Assembly: GCA_951406725.2 (NCBI GenBank)
Contig: OX597816.1
Coordinates: forward strand, 169,632,001 to 169,696,000
DNA: 64,000 nucleotides
Direction: 5' to 3'
Source of the DNA: Octopus vulgaris
Lineage: Eukaryota
In this document: positions 52,379-64,000 of the stretch, in pieces
Numbering within the stretch: the stretch's first letter is position 1
How the letters are laid out: every line of letters begins with the position of its first letter
Position numbers and translations under genes: made by a program
Notes under the pieces: model-generated
Database searches by the model: none
Seen by the model: the letters and a program-made list of their open reading frames with translations, nothing else
Told to the model about the DNA's origin: nothing

Positions 52379-53215
52379 CTAGCTTAAGGTGACCCGCTCT
52401 ACGTGCGGGTAAGTGTGTGGTTATTACTTTCTGTTGCTTCCTTCCTGTTTTTTTATCACCACATTCTCCCTCTTTGTTTCTCTCTCCTTTCTCTCTCTCA
52501 CTTTCCCACTCTCTTACTCTTCCTTTCTCTCGGACTCTCCCTCGCTTTCTCTCACTCTCTATCTTTCTCTATCTATCTCTCTCCCATTTATAAACAACAA
52601 AAATCTTGAGTAAGTTGAGAAAGAAAATATTTTGAAAAATCAATCATAAATATCAAGCAGTGACAACGGAAAGATCTGCTTCAAGGCAGACAGCAAAACA
52701 CTAACATTTAAAAGGGACAGACGCACTTGCGAGCTGAATAGAAATAAAAAAAATATTGGAAACCAAAGTTTGAAGGGATAGAATCTGAGGATAGTAAAGT
52801 CACCATGGCTGGCATTTCTTAACGACGGACAGCAACGTAAAACTTTGGACTTGATGTAAAAGAAAATTCCTAAACACCAAGTTTTGAAGTGATTCTTTCT
52901 CACGACAGTAGACTCACCAATGCAAGCATTCAAAACTTCTTCATGGACGGCAACACATCGAAGATTTAAAAGCTGGCGCAAATTTTTTAGCTTGATGTAA
53001 CAGAGAATTCCTAAACACCCGCTCCTGTAAATTTTAATTCCCTTCCAGCCCCTCTTCATATTTTGGTTAATATAACCCGATTTCATTCAGGTCTACTCGG
53101 GCCACATTTTATAAGATGAGGAATTTTGAAGAAAAAAATAGTTGCCATGCAAACTCGCCAGCACTTTTAACATAGGTGTGCATATTTTCAGCTCAACCGG
53201 CCACATAATGCACAC

Positions 53216-53286
<71 letters not shown>

Positions 53287-53321
53287 GTGTGTACGCATTA
53301 TATATACAAATGTATACAAAT

Positions 53322-53355
<34 letters not shown>

Positions 53356-53725
53356 TATATATATTTATATAAATACAGATATATACACTATTTATATATA
53401 GAATACACACACACACACACATATATAAATTAACCCAATAAATATCTGATTCATAATATTTGTTCGCAGAATTGTGTGGTGGTGGTGGCGATAGTAAAAC
53501 TCTCTATGAGAGAGAGAGGGGGAGGCGGTGGGGGAAAGAGGGACAGCGCTGGCGAAGGCAGCGGGGGAAAGATAGTAGTATCTGTCAAACGTCGTTATAT
53601 AGAGAAAGTGATGGGAAGGGAGGAAGCAGAGAGGGACGGAGAAAGACAGGCAGATAAGAGAATGTGAGAAGACTTGTCAAAGTGTGCGTTTGTTGCCCTA
53701 GTAACGACACCTTTTAAGATAGGGA
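52379..53725 (-). mobile_element. Probable non-autonomous Helitron
   Basis: CTAG at 52379 with hairpin acccgctctacgtgcgggt; candidate 5' end a|TCcctatcttaaaagg on the minus strand at 53725. Extent uncertain. Confidence 0.4.
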
Positions 53726-54394
53726 TTTCTAACCTAGCCTACTCGCATCCTCATCTCATTTTACATGTCCCTGTAAATTTTGGAGTCAATCCGACTGGAT
53801 CTAGTGCCCTTTAACCCGTTCCAATGCCAAAATCAGACAAACGAACTTTTCGCATTTCAGATTTATAGATATTGATGATGTTCAAGTTATTTAAATTTTA
53901 TATACTTAAGTACTTTGGAGGTGTGACAGTGTAGTAAAAAGCTTGCTTTCCTCACTACTGTGTGGACGTGTTTTTCTTCGCTGGTGGAGTCACGTCGCTG
54001 TATACCAACGTCGTAAATTATTGAAAAAGTGAAGCACAACAAGGTAGGGCATTTATTGTTTTGGGATTCAGTGGGGGTTTGCTGCTCGTCTTTATTTATT
54101 TTTGGCGAACAAGAAATCACCACTCAGTTCCACGCATTTGTCTGCCTGTAGTTGTGCTTAAAGTTTCACTTAGCGGTGAGAACCGTGTTTTGGGGGCGTA
54201 TCCCTCCTAAAATTGTGTTATTTTTTGTGACTATTTTGTGCCCTTGCCAGAGGATTACCAAGTTGGCCAGGAGTCCTAGGACAGCCAGAAGAATTTGGTG
54301 TGTTTTTTAGAACTATTTCTTGTCTTCTTCTTTCCTCCTTGTATTTTTTTGAACTCTGAACTTTTGTTTTTTGTGGACTTTTTCAAAAAGAAAC

Positions 54395-55960
54395 ATGGCA
54401 AAGAAGACGAAGACACTGCTTTGGCGTGGGAGATTGTCCCACCCAAACAATAGATGAAAGACTTGAAGAGAGGACGGTGGTGCTGCGAACGTACTCCAAG
54501 TCGCTCGACACCATCACCCTCCTTAAAAAGACTGAAATTGAGAAAGAGTTGGCATAAAATTTGCCAACTATTAAATTCATCTCGGGGCGGGGGTCAAATA
54601 TGCAACGGTGTGGTTGCTATTTGACACCCCGAGGAGGCTCGCAAATTTGCGAGCCAGCCCTTTGAGGACAAAGTGATTTTGTTTCTTCCCACGTATTGTG
54701 GGAAGAAGTTGACAAGAGCTTGGGTCTACGGGTTGCCACCCAGGATAGAACCCGAGTGGATAGAGGAGACGATCCACCGGGGTCTGGGTCACAGCGGAGC
54801 CATCGCCTTAATATAAAAATTTTGCCTGCGGCTGATTGGGTTGGGCCTAAAGCCGTGTTGATCCTGTGAACCCAATCAGCCAAAAATCTAGTTTCTACAG
54901 ATTTTTTGAAAATGGCCGGGTGTAGGTACCCGACGCTCTGTCTGTTGTCAAAAGCCTTTAAAGGGAGGTTTAGGGATGCCTTGGTTAATGATGCGCAGAC
55001 ATGCGTCGAGGTTGAGGCACCTCTGGATTCTCCTGGATAGTGAACGGGTGTGGTCTCCGCTGGCCAGACAAATGTTCTCCGAGTTCAAAAGTTTTTGCAA
55101 ACAGGAAGCCTGCTGTTCTTGTAGACCGAGGTCGAGCCGGAATGGCAAGAGTGCCGTAAGGCCCTCTTGCCATTCCGGCGTTCGGGCAACGCCAGCGGTG
55201 GGGGTTCCACACGGATTTTATATAGCGGGTTGGTAGAGTCTGAATGCGACGATGGCCTGGGGGCGACTCTAGGTCTCGGATTTATTCAACTGGACAGCCT
55301 GTTTCACCGTACATTCGTGTTGAGAACGTTGGACAACTTCCAAAGTCCTTAACCTGGCAATGCCTGACGGTAAGCGTCAGTCGCCGACCTGTCCAAGATG
55401 CGGGGGTGGGCAGGGAAACCGTCCCCCGCGCTATTGTTCAGTGTCCGGAGATAACTGAAAGGTGAGCTTATGCTGAACACCTGTTGTCTGGCAAAGGAAG
55501 AGTACAGCTGTCGACTGAGTCAATTATAAAAATTGACCCATCGGGAGTTTTAACGAACGAAGGTAAGAATTTGTTCTCACGGTTGTAGCAATATCGAAGA
55601 GGTAGTATGGAAGACTAGGATAAAAGGAATTAAGACAGGCAACTTTATCTCTGGCCACAATTTACGATCATTTTTTTCTTTTCATTTGAAAAGGAAGCTG
55701 TGGCTGGAGAAGAGATGTCTGTCGGAGTGTACGTTCCAGAAGAGATGGAAGCATGTTGCACGAGTGTTGTGCGTGCAAGGAAACGTGTGAAAGGATGGAA
55801 AAAAGGACAAAAAAAGGTACCAGCAGTAGATCGGGGCTTGTGGGGTCGGAACATGGCCTGATCATCGCATCATTTGTATTGCCTTTGTATTGTTAATTCC
55901 ATTCGAACATTTTTAGATTGTATTTAAATTTTTAAAGTCACATTATATGTAAAATCATAA
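54395..55960 (+). mobile_element. Tx1/L1-like LINE remnant (ORF1-like start fused to ORF2 C-terminus)
   Basis: GC-richer block; KGGLGMPW at 54961 and a decayed zinc knuckle TCPRCG...ETVPRAIVQCP at about 55387-55446; RT core absent. The ORF1 assignment is inference. Confidence 0.6.
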
Positions 55961-55984
55961 CGCTCTACTGATTCCATCAGTTGT

Positions 55985-56560
55985 TGTCCATTTCTATGTT
56001 TGGCCCCCAGTGGGTAATAAAGAAATTGATATTTCGTTTGCCGCTACGTTCTGAGTTCAAATTCCGCCGAGGTCGACTTTGCCTTTCATCCTTTCGGGAT
56101 CGATTAAATAAGTACCAGTTACGCTCTGGGGTCGATATAATCGACTTAATCCGTTTGTCTGTCCTTGTTTGTCCTCTCTGCGTTTAGCCCCTTGTGGGTA
56201 GTAAAGAAATAGGTATTTTGTCTGCCGTTACGTTCGAAGTTCGAATTCCACCGAGGTCGACTTTGCTTTTCATCCTTTCGGGGTCTATAAATTAAGTACC
56301 AGTTATGCAACTGGTGTCGATGTAATCGACCTAATCCGTTTGTCTGTCCTTGTATGTCCCCTCTGTGTTTAGCCCCTTGAGGGTAGTAAAGAAATAGGTA
56401 TTTCGTCTGTCTTTACGTTCTGACTTCAAATTCCCGCGAGGTCGACTTTGCCTTTTATCCTTTCGCGGTCGATAAATTTGTGTACTGGGGTAGTTCTAAT
56501 CTACTGGTTTCCTCCACCTCCAAAAATATCGGGCCTTGTTCCTAGGGTAGAAAAGAATAT
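55985..56560 (+). mobile_element. Head-to-tail concatemer of SINE family C (tail fragment plus three units of about 185 bp)
   Basis: Unit g(g)tatttcgt...gagttcaaattcc...gaggtcgactttgcctttcatcctttcg...ttagccccttgtgggtagtaaagaaata repeats; the last unit carries the alternative tail. Confidence 0.9.
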
Positions 56561-57079
56561 TTCAGACGTTAAAACACAAAATAAAAAAAGAAAGAACAAG
56601 GAGAAAAAATAGCATATTGAACTATTCAACATTTATCGGAAAAAATATTTATCTTTCAAATGATATAGGCTCGTTCAGAGATGCTTGAGGCTACCCAGCA
56701 GCCAAAGCAAAACGTTTGCTTTTATTACTTTCTGTAAGCAGACTACTCGAACGATCATTTAGAAAGCAAATATACAAACGAAGAACGCATACACCAACGG
56801 TTCCCATATTGGAGTGTGCAGCCTCTGGCGCCCCACAAAGGTAGGACTGAAGCTTGGGGTCCTTGAGTTGTATTTGATATTAAAAAAATACTGTAAAATA
56901 TATTATTCCCTAGATGCAGATTTTAATATACACATAGATACATACACACGTTGGTACATTGGTTTCAAATTTTGGCACAAGACCAGTAATTTCGTGGGAT
57001 GGGATAAGTCGATTATATCGATCCTAGTGCTCAACACTGGTACTTATTTTATCGACCCCGAAAGGATGAAATGAAAGTC

Positions 57080-57144
<65 letters not shown>

Positions 57145-57145
57145 C

Positions 57146-57207
<62 letters not shown>

Positions 57208-59519
57208 GAAGAAGGAATGTACCAACAAAAAATTTACACACACACACAGAGACTTCAACATAGTATCTGTCTACACAATTCATTGGATGAGCAGGCGCTA
57301 TAGCAGTAGACGCTTGACCTAGGTGCCGCTCAGTGAGACTGAACCCGAAACCTCGTGGTTGCAATGCGAAATATTTAAACCCACACATATAGCCTTCGCC
57401 TTCTTTCATTCCATACTTTAAATTTAATTCCATGTAACTATTTGAGCAGTGCTGTTCATTTTAGTTAAAATTCTAATTTCCATTATGTCTAATCTCTCTG
57501 TGTTAGACACGGCTGCGACACTGACCGAATTTGAAAGTGAAATGAAGTCAGTCATGAATAAGTAACCCTTTCAGGAATACAACATGAATATTTATATTTG
57601 CGAATAACTATCTATTTAAAATGAGCAAACTGAAATTTTTTTATTTATTTTAATGTTTAATACAGGAAGAAATGTCCTACTGTCACTTGAAAATTTACAG
57701 GTGAGGAGAAAATTCCATGATAATGCAACTGCTGTTCAAATTAATTTTGTTGGTCAATGCTTGTAGGTAAAACTTGTGAAAAGATGCTGCTTCGAGGGAA
57801 CCATTACGTAGTCGCTATACTTGCTAAACAGCAAACAAATCTTCCTCAAAATTTTCGCCTCAAGAAAGGGGAGACACATTGAGATAAACAATAACATAGA
57901 AAGTTATGAACCGAAAGGAGGCCACAATTCTGTTTTGTATTACTCAGGTTCATCCATCGATTTTCACATATGAAATAACGCGAGGATCAACGTTATTTTT
58001 CATTCTATTGATATCAGTAAAAAAAGGAATACCTATGGTGCTTCATTTCTATCTATTATTTCTTTTCCACAATATTTGCATCATCTTACCGTAGCAAATC
58101 AATATTAGGGTTATCAGGTCTGTTACACTTGTGTTATTTATAAAATACTGACTTCAGTTACAAATGTGATAAAACTGGAATTAGAAGAAAGTAAAGATCT
58201 ATTAATGAAAAGTTTACTTCAGTATTCAAAATAGAAATTGCCCAGAGGGAAGGAAAAAATTTACGATTTGCTCAACTCTAACCGGGATAACTCTATAGAA
58301 AATGATCAACACATGGAATGCAAAGTATATATTACGCAAACTGATTGGCTAAAATCTATATCAGTTTCAAACTCTACATTAGTCTTACATATTTGCTATT
58401 TCATTATCTCTTTTTCTATCTACGAAAATAAGAATCATATCCTATTCGATAACAACATTTCATTGGATTTTGGATGTTTATTTCCTGCTATTTTCTATCC
58501 TATTATCGGTATATTTTGATTCTATGTTCACAAACAAACATCTTCAAAGCTGGTAAGAAGTGAGAAGAAAATAAAACTAAAAACAAAATCATTATTTCAG
58601 AGCGGATATTATTTCCAGGTTATATATTATTCATGGATGTTTTTCGGTTCAGATTATCATATTATTTTTCAGGAAGAAACATTTTATCCCGGAAATATAT
58701 GTCCGAAGGGTTGTTCATGGAATTTTGAAGCCAACATACTTAATGATATGGAGACAGGAAAAGATTATTTTTTATTTTATTTTTCATCAAAGACTTTTAA
58801 TTTTCAACAATGTCTCTGTTGATTTCTATACACTTTATTTTTCTATGGATATCACAGCTGCTCAATGCCATTTATATAGAATCGTTTGTTCTGTTCAACA
58901 AACCGCTATCCAGATGCCAGTTGTAGTATATTTTTTTTTACTCTTTTTTATCAGTGCTCTAAATCTGGAAGCAGGTGAAAATCACAGGAAGTAAAATCAG
59001 GCAAGTAGGAATAAGTGAAATAGCACTTCACGCCTCAGTCATAAATTGCAGTCTTTGATACCCGAGCTGCGTAAACTAGTGCATATTGTTAATTAACAAT
59101 ACCGTATGGAGAGGCAGAAGATTGAGTACATCATCTTGCGGTCACTGGGTGGTAAGGGAAATTTTTGGACGTTTCCTCTCTCTCTCCTGAGTTTTTATCA
59201 ATTTTACTTTTATACTACCAGGGACGATAAAATAAGTTACAGAAATATATCAACACAGATTCAATCGACAGAATATTCTTCCCACTAAACAGTTAGCTTC
59301 AAGAAGAGCCAGAAATTAGTAGAAGAAAGGAAGCATATATGGCTTCATAGCTTATGTAGGTTAATACCTATAATGAAAACACGGGCTGGAGGGAATTTAT
59401 ATGTGGCTAGCAGACGTGGTGTGTAGTAGCTGAGATAATGGTTTTTAGAACGGGGTCTATGATGGAAGACAGTAGAATAATGCCAGATCAAAAATTAAAT
59501 CTAGTTTCTGTTAGTAAAC

Positions 59520-59830
59520 TGGCGCTCCGTCTGTTTGACAACCATGGTTTCAATTGATCTGATCAACGGAACAGTCTACTCGTGAAATCAACGTGCATGT
59601 GGCTGAACATTCTATAGACACGTGTACCCTTAACGTAGTTCTCGGGATATTTAACGTGACACAGAATGTGACAAGACTGGCCCTTTAAAATACAGGGACT
59701 TCATTTTTACCAGCTGAGTGGACAGGAGCAATGTGAAATAAAGTTTCTTGCTCAAGGACAAAATGCGTCACCAGGAATTGAACTCACGACCTTGTGATCG
59801 TGAGCCGAATACCCTAACCACTAAGCAACG
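59520..59830 (-). mobile_element. SINE sharing the family B 3' half but with a different head and CORE-like segment
   Basis: gacacgtgtacccttaacgtagttctc and gatcaacggaacag are shared with 11247-11628; head is GAGTTCAATTCC followed by gtccttgagcaag. Confidence 0.8.
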
Positions 59831-60653
59831 AACCTTCACAGCTTCTGTTAGTAAAGAACAGTAAACCACTGCAGAACATTGAACAAAAAGAAGCAAAAAA
59901 AATTAATATATGTATGTGTGTGTGTGTGTGTAAGAGATCGAGAGAGAGAGAGAGCGAGAGAGAGAGAGAGCGAGAGAGAGAGAGAGCGAGAGAGAGAGAG
60001 AGATAGAGAGAGAGGGAGCATCTATATGTGTCTGTTACCATGAAATATGAGATTTAATATGCAGATTGAAGTGCAATGGAATGGAATCTTGTTTCCTTAA
60101 ATTTTGTTATGTGACTATAGTTGAAGGAATCTAAGTTGTAATTTTCCTCTGAGAGCTGTTTCGAGGATGCCTGGTTCATGGAATCTGTAGATGTTTTGTA
60201 ATAGTTGTTTAGGCTTCGTACTTGTAACTCTTGAAGACAGAAGGTTAAGGACGAGTGTAGAGTTGTTAGGACTGATAACGATATCTATAGTTTTTCTTTC
60301 AAAAAAGTAACCACATCCCGAGAACACCAGAACGGATACAATTTAAGTTGGTGACATCTCTGTCGACAAACAATGTAATCATGAAATTTCAGAATGATGG
60401 AGCACGTAGGTGGATAATTTTGCTAGATTATAGTGGAACACGTAGTCAACAGTTTCCTGATGTCAAGGAAACAACTATGGTTTCGCCAAAAGGTCACACT
60501 ACCATCATTAGATATTAAATCTTCATGGAGTAAATTTCTATTTGGAATGTCTCTCTGAAACCGCGCAGTGGCAACTAGGCAGAGACAGAGAAAACGGCTG
60601 TTTATGAGTGATTTGATCATATTTGAAGTTTAATAAAACTACTTTATATAAAA

Positions 60654-60951
60654 CTAGCAGTATCGCCCGGCGTTGCTCGGGTTTGTAAGGGAAAAAACTA
60701 TATAAGCATTTTTAGAGAGTTACTTCCCTTATATAATAGCAAAAAATTGCATTAAAAATGGGAAAAAATTATGGTAATATTTTTAAAAATCGTAGACTCA
60801 TCGTAGACGCGCGCTAATACCCTGAAGGGCTCGATATGAATCACGACTATAAGATACCCGCTTTTGGTTACACTGCACTGCAAAATGTGGGAGTAGTTAG
60901 GAATCTAAATCGTAGGAGACAGACACACAACTTCACTTTTATATATAAAGA
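60654..60951 (-). mobile_element. Non-autonomous Helitron, shorter variant of 2642-3038
   Basis: Same termini (TC...hairpin-CTAG) and an A/T target. Confidence 0.85.
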
Positions 60952-61597
60952 TTAGAGACAGAGAGGGGGGAGAAGGGGAAAGAGAGAGAGGAACAGAGAA
61001 AGAGAGAGTGACAGACAGACAGACAGAGAAAGAGGGACAGAGAGGGAAAGAGAGAAAAAGAATGAAATTTTTGTTACTTAGTAACTTTATAATTTTTCCT
61101 TCTGTGTGTATACTTTGTGGACGCAAAAATTGGGTTGCAAATACAGTGAAGACTAGTGCTATTTGGAAAACAATGGTTATGTGGGCTCTGCAAGTTGATA
61201 GGGATTCCTTTGCAAAGGTCTTGAATCCTTGACTACAGAAAGAGAACATGAAGACCATACTAAGCAAAGAAGTATCTACTGGATGTCTTTCATGTATTAG
61301 GATTGTGAAGAAACTATTCTTAGTAGATAATGATAGGGATTCTCTTCAGATGCTGAAAGCAGTATTTCTTCTTCTAGTGATGCAGAGTAGTTGTAAATGA
61401 ACAATATTTTGGACATTTTAGGCTGTGAAGTTTAGTTCTGAGAGAAATGAGGAGAGATATATTATGGGCGTCAGTTACTTGCTAAAAGAGTCCAGATGTT
61501 CACATGTGTAGTTCAATTTACTCTGACTACTAAGAACTAGCAGAGGCACCTGGCGTTACCCGAGAATGAAATTGTTCGTTATATTCGTATATTATCA

Positions 61598-61654
61598 CTC
61601 TTCTTCTTCTTCTTCTTCTTCTTCTTCTTCTTCTTCTTCTTCTACTTCTACTTC

Positions 61655-61686
<32 letters not shown>

Positions 61687-61794
61687 CTTCTTCTTCTTCT
61701 TCTTCTTCTTCTTCTTCTTCTTCTTCTTCTTCACACGATTAATACGTCTGTAAAACTAAAACTCTGTCTCTTTATTCATTTATATATTATTAGT

Positions 61795-61844
<50 letters not shown>

Positions 61845-61852
61845 TATTATTA

Positions 61853-61910
<58 letters not shown>

Positions 61911-61925
61911 GACTATTATTATTAT
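61598..61925. repeat. (CTT)n, (CAT)n and (ATT)n trinucleotide microsatellites
   Basis: Directly visible. Confidence 0.95.
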
Positions 61926-62039
61926 TTTGTATTATGAATTCAGAATTGATTTCATCATGTATCCCAATTGAATACCAAATGAGGTAATTTGGAAAGCAGA
62001 ATTATAATTCCTAATGTTTTTCAAGAGGTCCATGCGCCT

Positions 62040-62510
62040 TGGTGTGTTTCCCAAAAGTGATGGCTTCAAAGTATCTAGGCGGTGCACCAAACGTCGGTAA
62101 AACAACCGTTCCTCCATCACAACACACACTGGTGGTTTCTCTTTCCCATTTCTTTCCTTTACAAAATCCTCCCGCAACTCAACTTGATCGTCTGCTGCTG
62201 GAGAGGCCCGACCAGGTAAAGGACCTGGGTATCTTGGTGGATTCCTCCTTTTCGCCTTCGGCCCAGTGCGTCCATGCTGCCAACAAAGCACGCGGAGTTC
62301 TGTTCTTGATTCGACGGTCATTCGGAATGCTCACAGTAGCCATATTCCTACCGTTCTATATCACGCTGGTGAGACCCATATTGGAGTACGGGATTCAAGC
62401 CTCTTCTCCTTATCTCCTCAAAGACATACAGCATCTCGAAAGAGTCCAGAAGCTGACTACCTGCATGGTTCTTGGTCTCAAGAATTTGTCTTATGAAGAA
62501 AGGCTGAAGC
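62040..62510 (+). mobile_element. CR1-clade LINE ORF2 fragment (post-RT region)
   Basis: VKDLGILVDSSFSPSAQCVHAANKA...YITLVRPILEYG...SPYLLKDIQHLERVQK...LSYEERLK, a hallmark CR1 sequence. Confidence 0.88.
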
Positions 62511-63140
62511 CCCAATATCGATCAATTTCTCTTGTTTTTGGTTCATAGCTGAAAGCTGATCTTTTCCATGTTCCCTTAAAAGGCGTAACTCATTTGTCAA
62601 ACATATTCAGCCTATATTGATCAAGACTCTTACGTCTTTCCTCCGAGGAGAGGCGAAGTCTTGCAGCAACTGTTTGCTCCAGGTTTTTTCCTTTGTCTCA
62701 TCTTTCGCTGACCTTTGGTCTCATTGGTAACTATGGTAGCTTGTCTTTGTCTTGTATCCTTTAAACGGTTTTCCTTTTTGACTCTTGGTTCCTGCAGATT
62801 GCATTTTGCTGACGTAATTGTCTCAACCGGTTTTCTCATACTTCTTGTGACTCATTGGCCCTGCGTGCAGCAGCTCCTTTTAGGTCGTTTTCATGTCTTT
62901 GCTGTCGTTGTGCAGGGGTCTCTAGTGATCTTACTCTGGCTACCTGAACTTGTATTTCCTTCACTGTAGGATACTGATCACCTACATCTACTTAGTCTTC
63001 TCTTGTAGAAATTGAGAACATTTTTCTCGGAAACATTTTGGAAAATTAAAATAGGGGATTAAATGAAGAAATGCGTGAAAGTTACGGGAATATCTTCACA
63101 AGAGTGATTGAAATAAATTGGGATAGTGGAACACCGCACG

Positions 63141-63221
<81 letters not shown>

Positions 63222-63244
63222 ACACACGCACACACACATACACA

Positions 63245-63301
<57 letters not shown>

Positions 63302-63391
63302 TTAGTATCAAACATTAGCGTCTCTTTCTCTCCCGCTTTGCCGCTCACTTTGTGTTGGCTTTTTTTCACCTTCACATATAAAACATCAGCA

Positions 63392-63433
<42 letters not shown>

Positions 63434-63601
63434 CACTATCCCTCTCTCTCTCTTTCAACTTTTCCTACAGAAACTTGTTTCTTTCTGTCTGTTTCTTTCT
63501 TTGTTCTCTCTCTGCCTTTTTTCTTATTCTTTGTTTCTCTCGCTAACACATATTTTTTTCTCACCCTCTGTTATAGTTTCTCTCTTTTAGTCTATTCTGT
63601 T

Positions 63602-63650
<49 letters not shown>

Positions 63651-63858
63651 CTAACTCACTCACACACTTACACTACTTACATTTCTCTCTTTACCGACAA
63701 ACGTCGTGACGAATGAGGGGATGCAGGAGGAGGAGAAGTAAAGAGCCACTTCCTCACTTTGCTTCTCTGTTTCTTTCTCTCCCCTCTCACTCCCTCATTG
63801 GCATCATGCTCAGGCATACAAATATACAGGCATCTGCTAATATATAAATATATATATA

Positions 63859-64000
63859 CTAGCAGTATCGCCCGGCGTTGCTCGGGTTTGTAAGGGAAAT
63901 AACTATATAAGCATTTTTAGAGTTGTAAAGTATAATAGCCATCTCAATATGGTTAACCACAAGGGGGGGGGTATTACTGTAGCTTTTTACGTTCTGAGAT
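63859..64000 (-). mobile_element. Non-autonomous Helitron 3' part, cut by the window end
   Basis: ctagcagtatcgcccggcgttgctcgggtttgtaaggg is identical to 60654 onward and is the reverse complement of 3001-3038. Confidence 0.85.

Noticed and set aside
60060-61530. Possible decayed LINE flanking the Helitron at 60654
   Set aside because: No diagnostic motif could be read with confidence.

Overview
This is AT-rich eukaryotic DNA, very dense in microsatellites and interspersed repeats. The repeat families and composition suggest a coleoid cephalopod, probably Octopus; that is inferred from pattern recognition, not from a search. Nearly all ORFs in the supplied track are microsatellite artefacts. 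One host gene is well supported: a spliced three-finger C2H2 zinc-finger gene on the + strand (exons 13770-14160 and 15773-15958). The rest is transposon debris: two mariner (DD34D) elements, one with only a single frameshift; LINE remnants of CR1-like, RTE, R4/Dong and Tx1/L1-like clades; non-autonomous Helitrons; MITE-like fold-backs; and many copies of three tRNA-derived SINE families (called A, B and C here). Three unannotated signals stand out. First, five minimal hammerhead-ribozyme-like motifs of Penelope/retrozyme type all point into (TA)n tracts; they include a long-stem-II type on inverted arms and a CUGU(C/G)GA core variant. Second, one SINE family repeatedly concatenates at a single fixed junction. 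Third, a three-arm intronic fold-back ends about 55 nt before the zinc-finger exon. Coordinates were counted by eye and may be off by a few bases.
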